Shown here piece after piece: positions 63,037 through 63,592 of a stretch of DNA of 63,592 nt (positions are counted from its first letter, which is position 1; every line of letters starts with the position of its first letter). The notes below the pieces were generated by a model. The model did not search any database. It saw only the letters and a program-made list of their open reading frames with translations, and was not told where the DNA came from. The stretch lies in the NCBI GenBank assembly GCA_039808785.1, contig JBDHTT010000001.1:1-63592 (forward strand). Direction: 5' to 3'. The position numbers and the translations under genes were made by a program. Source of the stretch: Alphaproteobacteria bacterium (GTDB lineage Bacteria > Pseudomonadota > Alphaproteobacteria > Micavibrionales > Micavibrionaceae).

Positions 63037-63567
63037 ATGAGCTGGACCAATGATCGAATTGACCTTTTAATGAAATTATGGGGAGAAGGTAAAACTGCAG
63101 CCGAGATTGCTAAATCATTGGGCGGAGTTACCAGAAATGCCGTTATCGGCAAGGCTCATCGACTTAAGCTTTCTGGTCGGATCGCCAACACTCAAGAAGA
63201 AAGCTCAACGAAATCAGTTCAGAAATCCTCTAAATCCAAATCAGACTCCAAATCATCCCAATCTCGCCGTATCTCTAAACATCATGAAAGTGACATCGCG
63301 GCCCCTGTCGTTGCAGTTGCATTGCTTGAAGATGATTATTGCGCAGGTGAAGGTATTCAATTGGTTGAATTAAAAGAAGGTTTATGCCGTTGGCCAATTG
63401 GTGATCCTAAAGAAGCCGGGTTTAAATTTTGTGGTTCCAAAGTTCAAGGCGGTATGATTTATTGCACTCACCACTGCCATGTGGCGTATCAGGCTCCTGC
63501 AAAAAGCAAATTGCGGGTTGAGGAATTGGCCAAAATCGATGCGGATATTATTCGCAAAAAAGCATAG
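63037..63567 (+). CDS. gcrA: Cell-cycle transcriptional regulator GcrA
   Basis: MSWTNDRIDLLMKLWGEGKTAAEIAKSLGGVTRNAVIGKAHRLKLSGR and C-terminal CRWPIGDP...FCG...YCTHHCHVAYQ. GGAGGAG lies 7 nt before the ATG at 63037. The ORF-track ATG at 63001 lies inside hairpin 2 of the upstream repeat. Confidence 0.9.
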   Translation: MSWTNDRIDLLMKLWGEGKTAAEIAKSLGGVTRNAVIGKAHRLKLSGRIANTQEESSTKSVQKSSKSKSDSKSSQSRRISKHHESDIAAPVVAVALLEDDYCAGEGIQLVELKEGLCRWPIGDPKEAGFKFCGSKVQGGMIYCTHHCHVAYQAPAKSKLRVEELAKIDADIIRKKA

Positions 63568-63592
63568 CGCGGAAAGCACGGCGCGACTGGAT

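Overview
A 63.6-kb chromosomal segment that looks alphaproteobacterial. The evidence is a GcrA cell-cycle regulator, a circularly permuted two-piece tmRNA with an ANDN-type tag, a split PntAA/PntAB/PntB transhydrogenase and HslVU. All product calls come from motif recognition by eye on the supplied translations; no database search was possible.

Most of the window is housekeeping: aroE, rnr, rppH, tmk, holB, purB, radC, map, cinA-like, ppx, trpF, pntAA/AB/B, anmK, an L,D-transpeptidase, hslVU, cysQ, glmS, glmU and gcrA. Flagellar genes are scattered through it (fliL, flhA, flgK-flgL, an isolated flgC-like gene). There is also an Lss/Hly-type type I secretion operon (tolC, ABC, HlyD) with no visible substrate.

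The accessory or unusual content is:
1. A roughly 13-kb low-GC glycan-modification island (8.4-21.4 kb) with 5 glycosyltransferases, 5 SAM methyltransferases, a GNAT, a deacetylase-like protein, a PglK/MsbA-like ABC exporter and an internally deleted O-acyltransferase relic.
2. Three tandem paralogous giant prepilin-like proteins (49.9-55.6 kb) with GspG-like cores and Cys-loop C-terminal modules. No pilus or T2SS assembly genes lie in the window.
3. A decayed IS30-like element family whose roughly 40-bp terminal repeat recurs at least six times. One copy is a 142-bp MITE kept in-frame inside anmK. Solo repeats sit exactly at both edges of the low-GC island and on both sides of asmA.
4. A very AT-rich 0.3-kb block with perfect palindromes, followed by an orphan promoter plus terminator (candidate sRNA).
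5. A paralogous roughly 110-120-nt two-hairpin element directly upstream of both tmk and gcrA.

No CRISPR array, rRNA, tRNA or intact transposase was seen.
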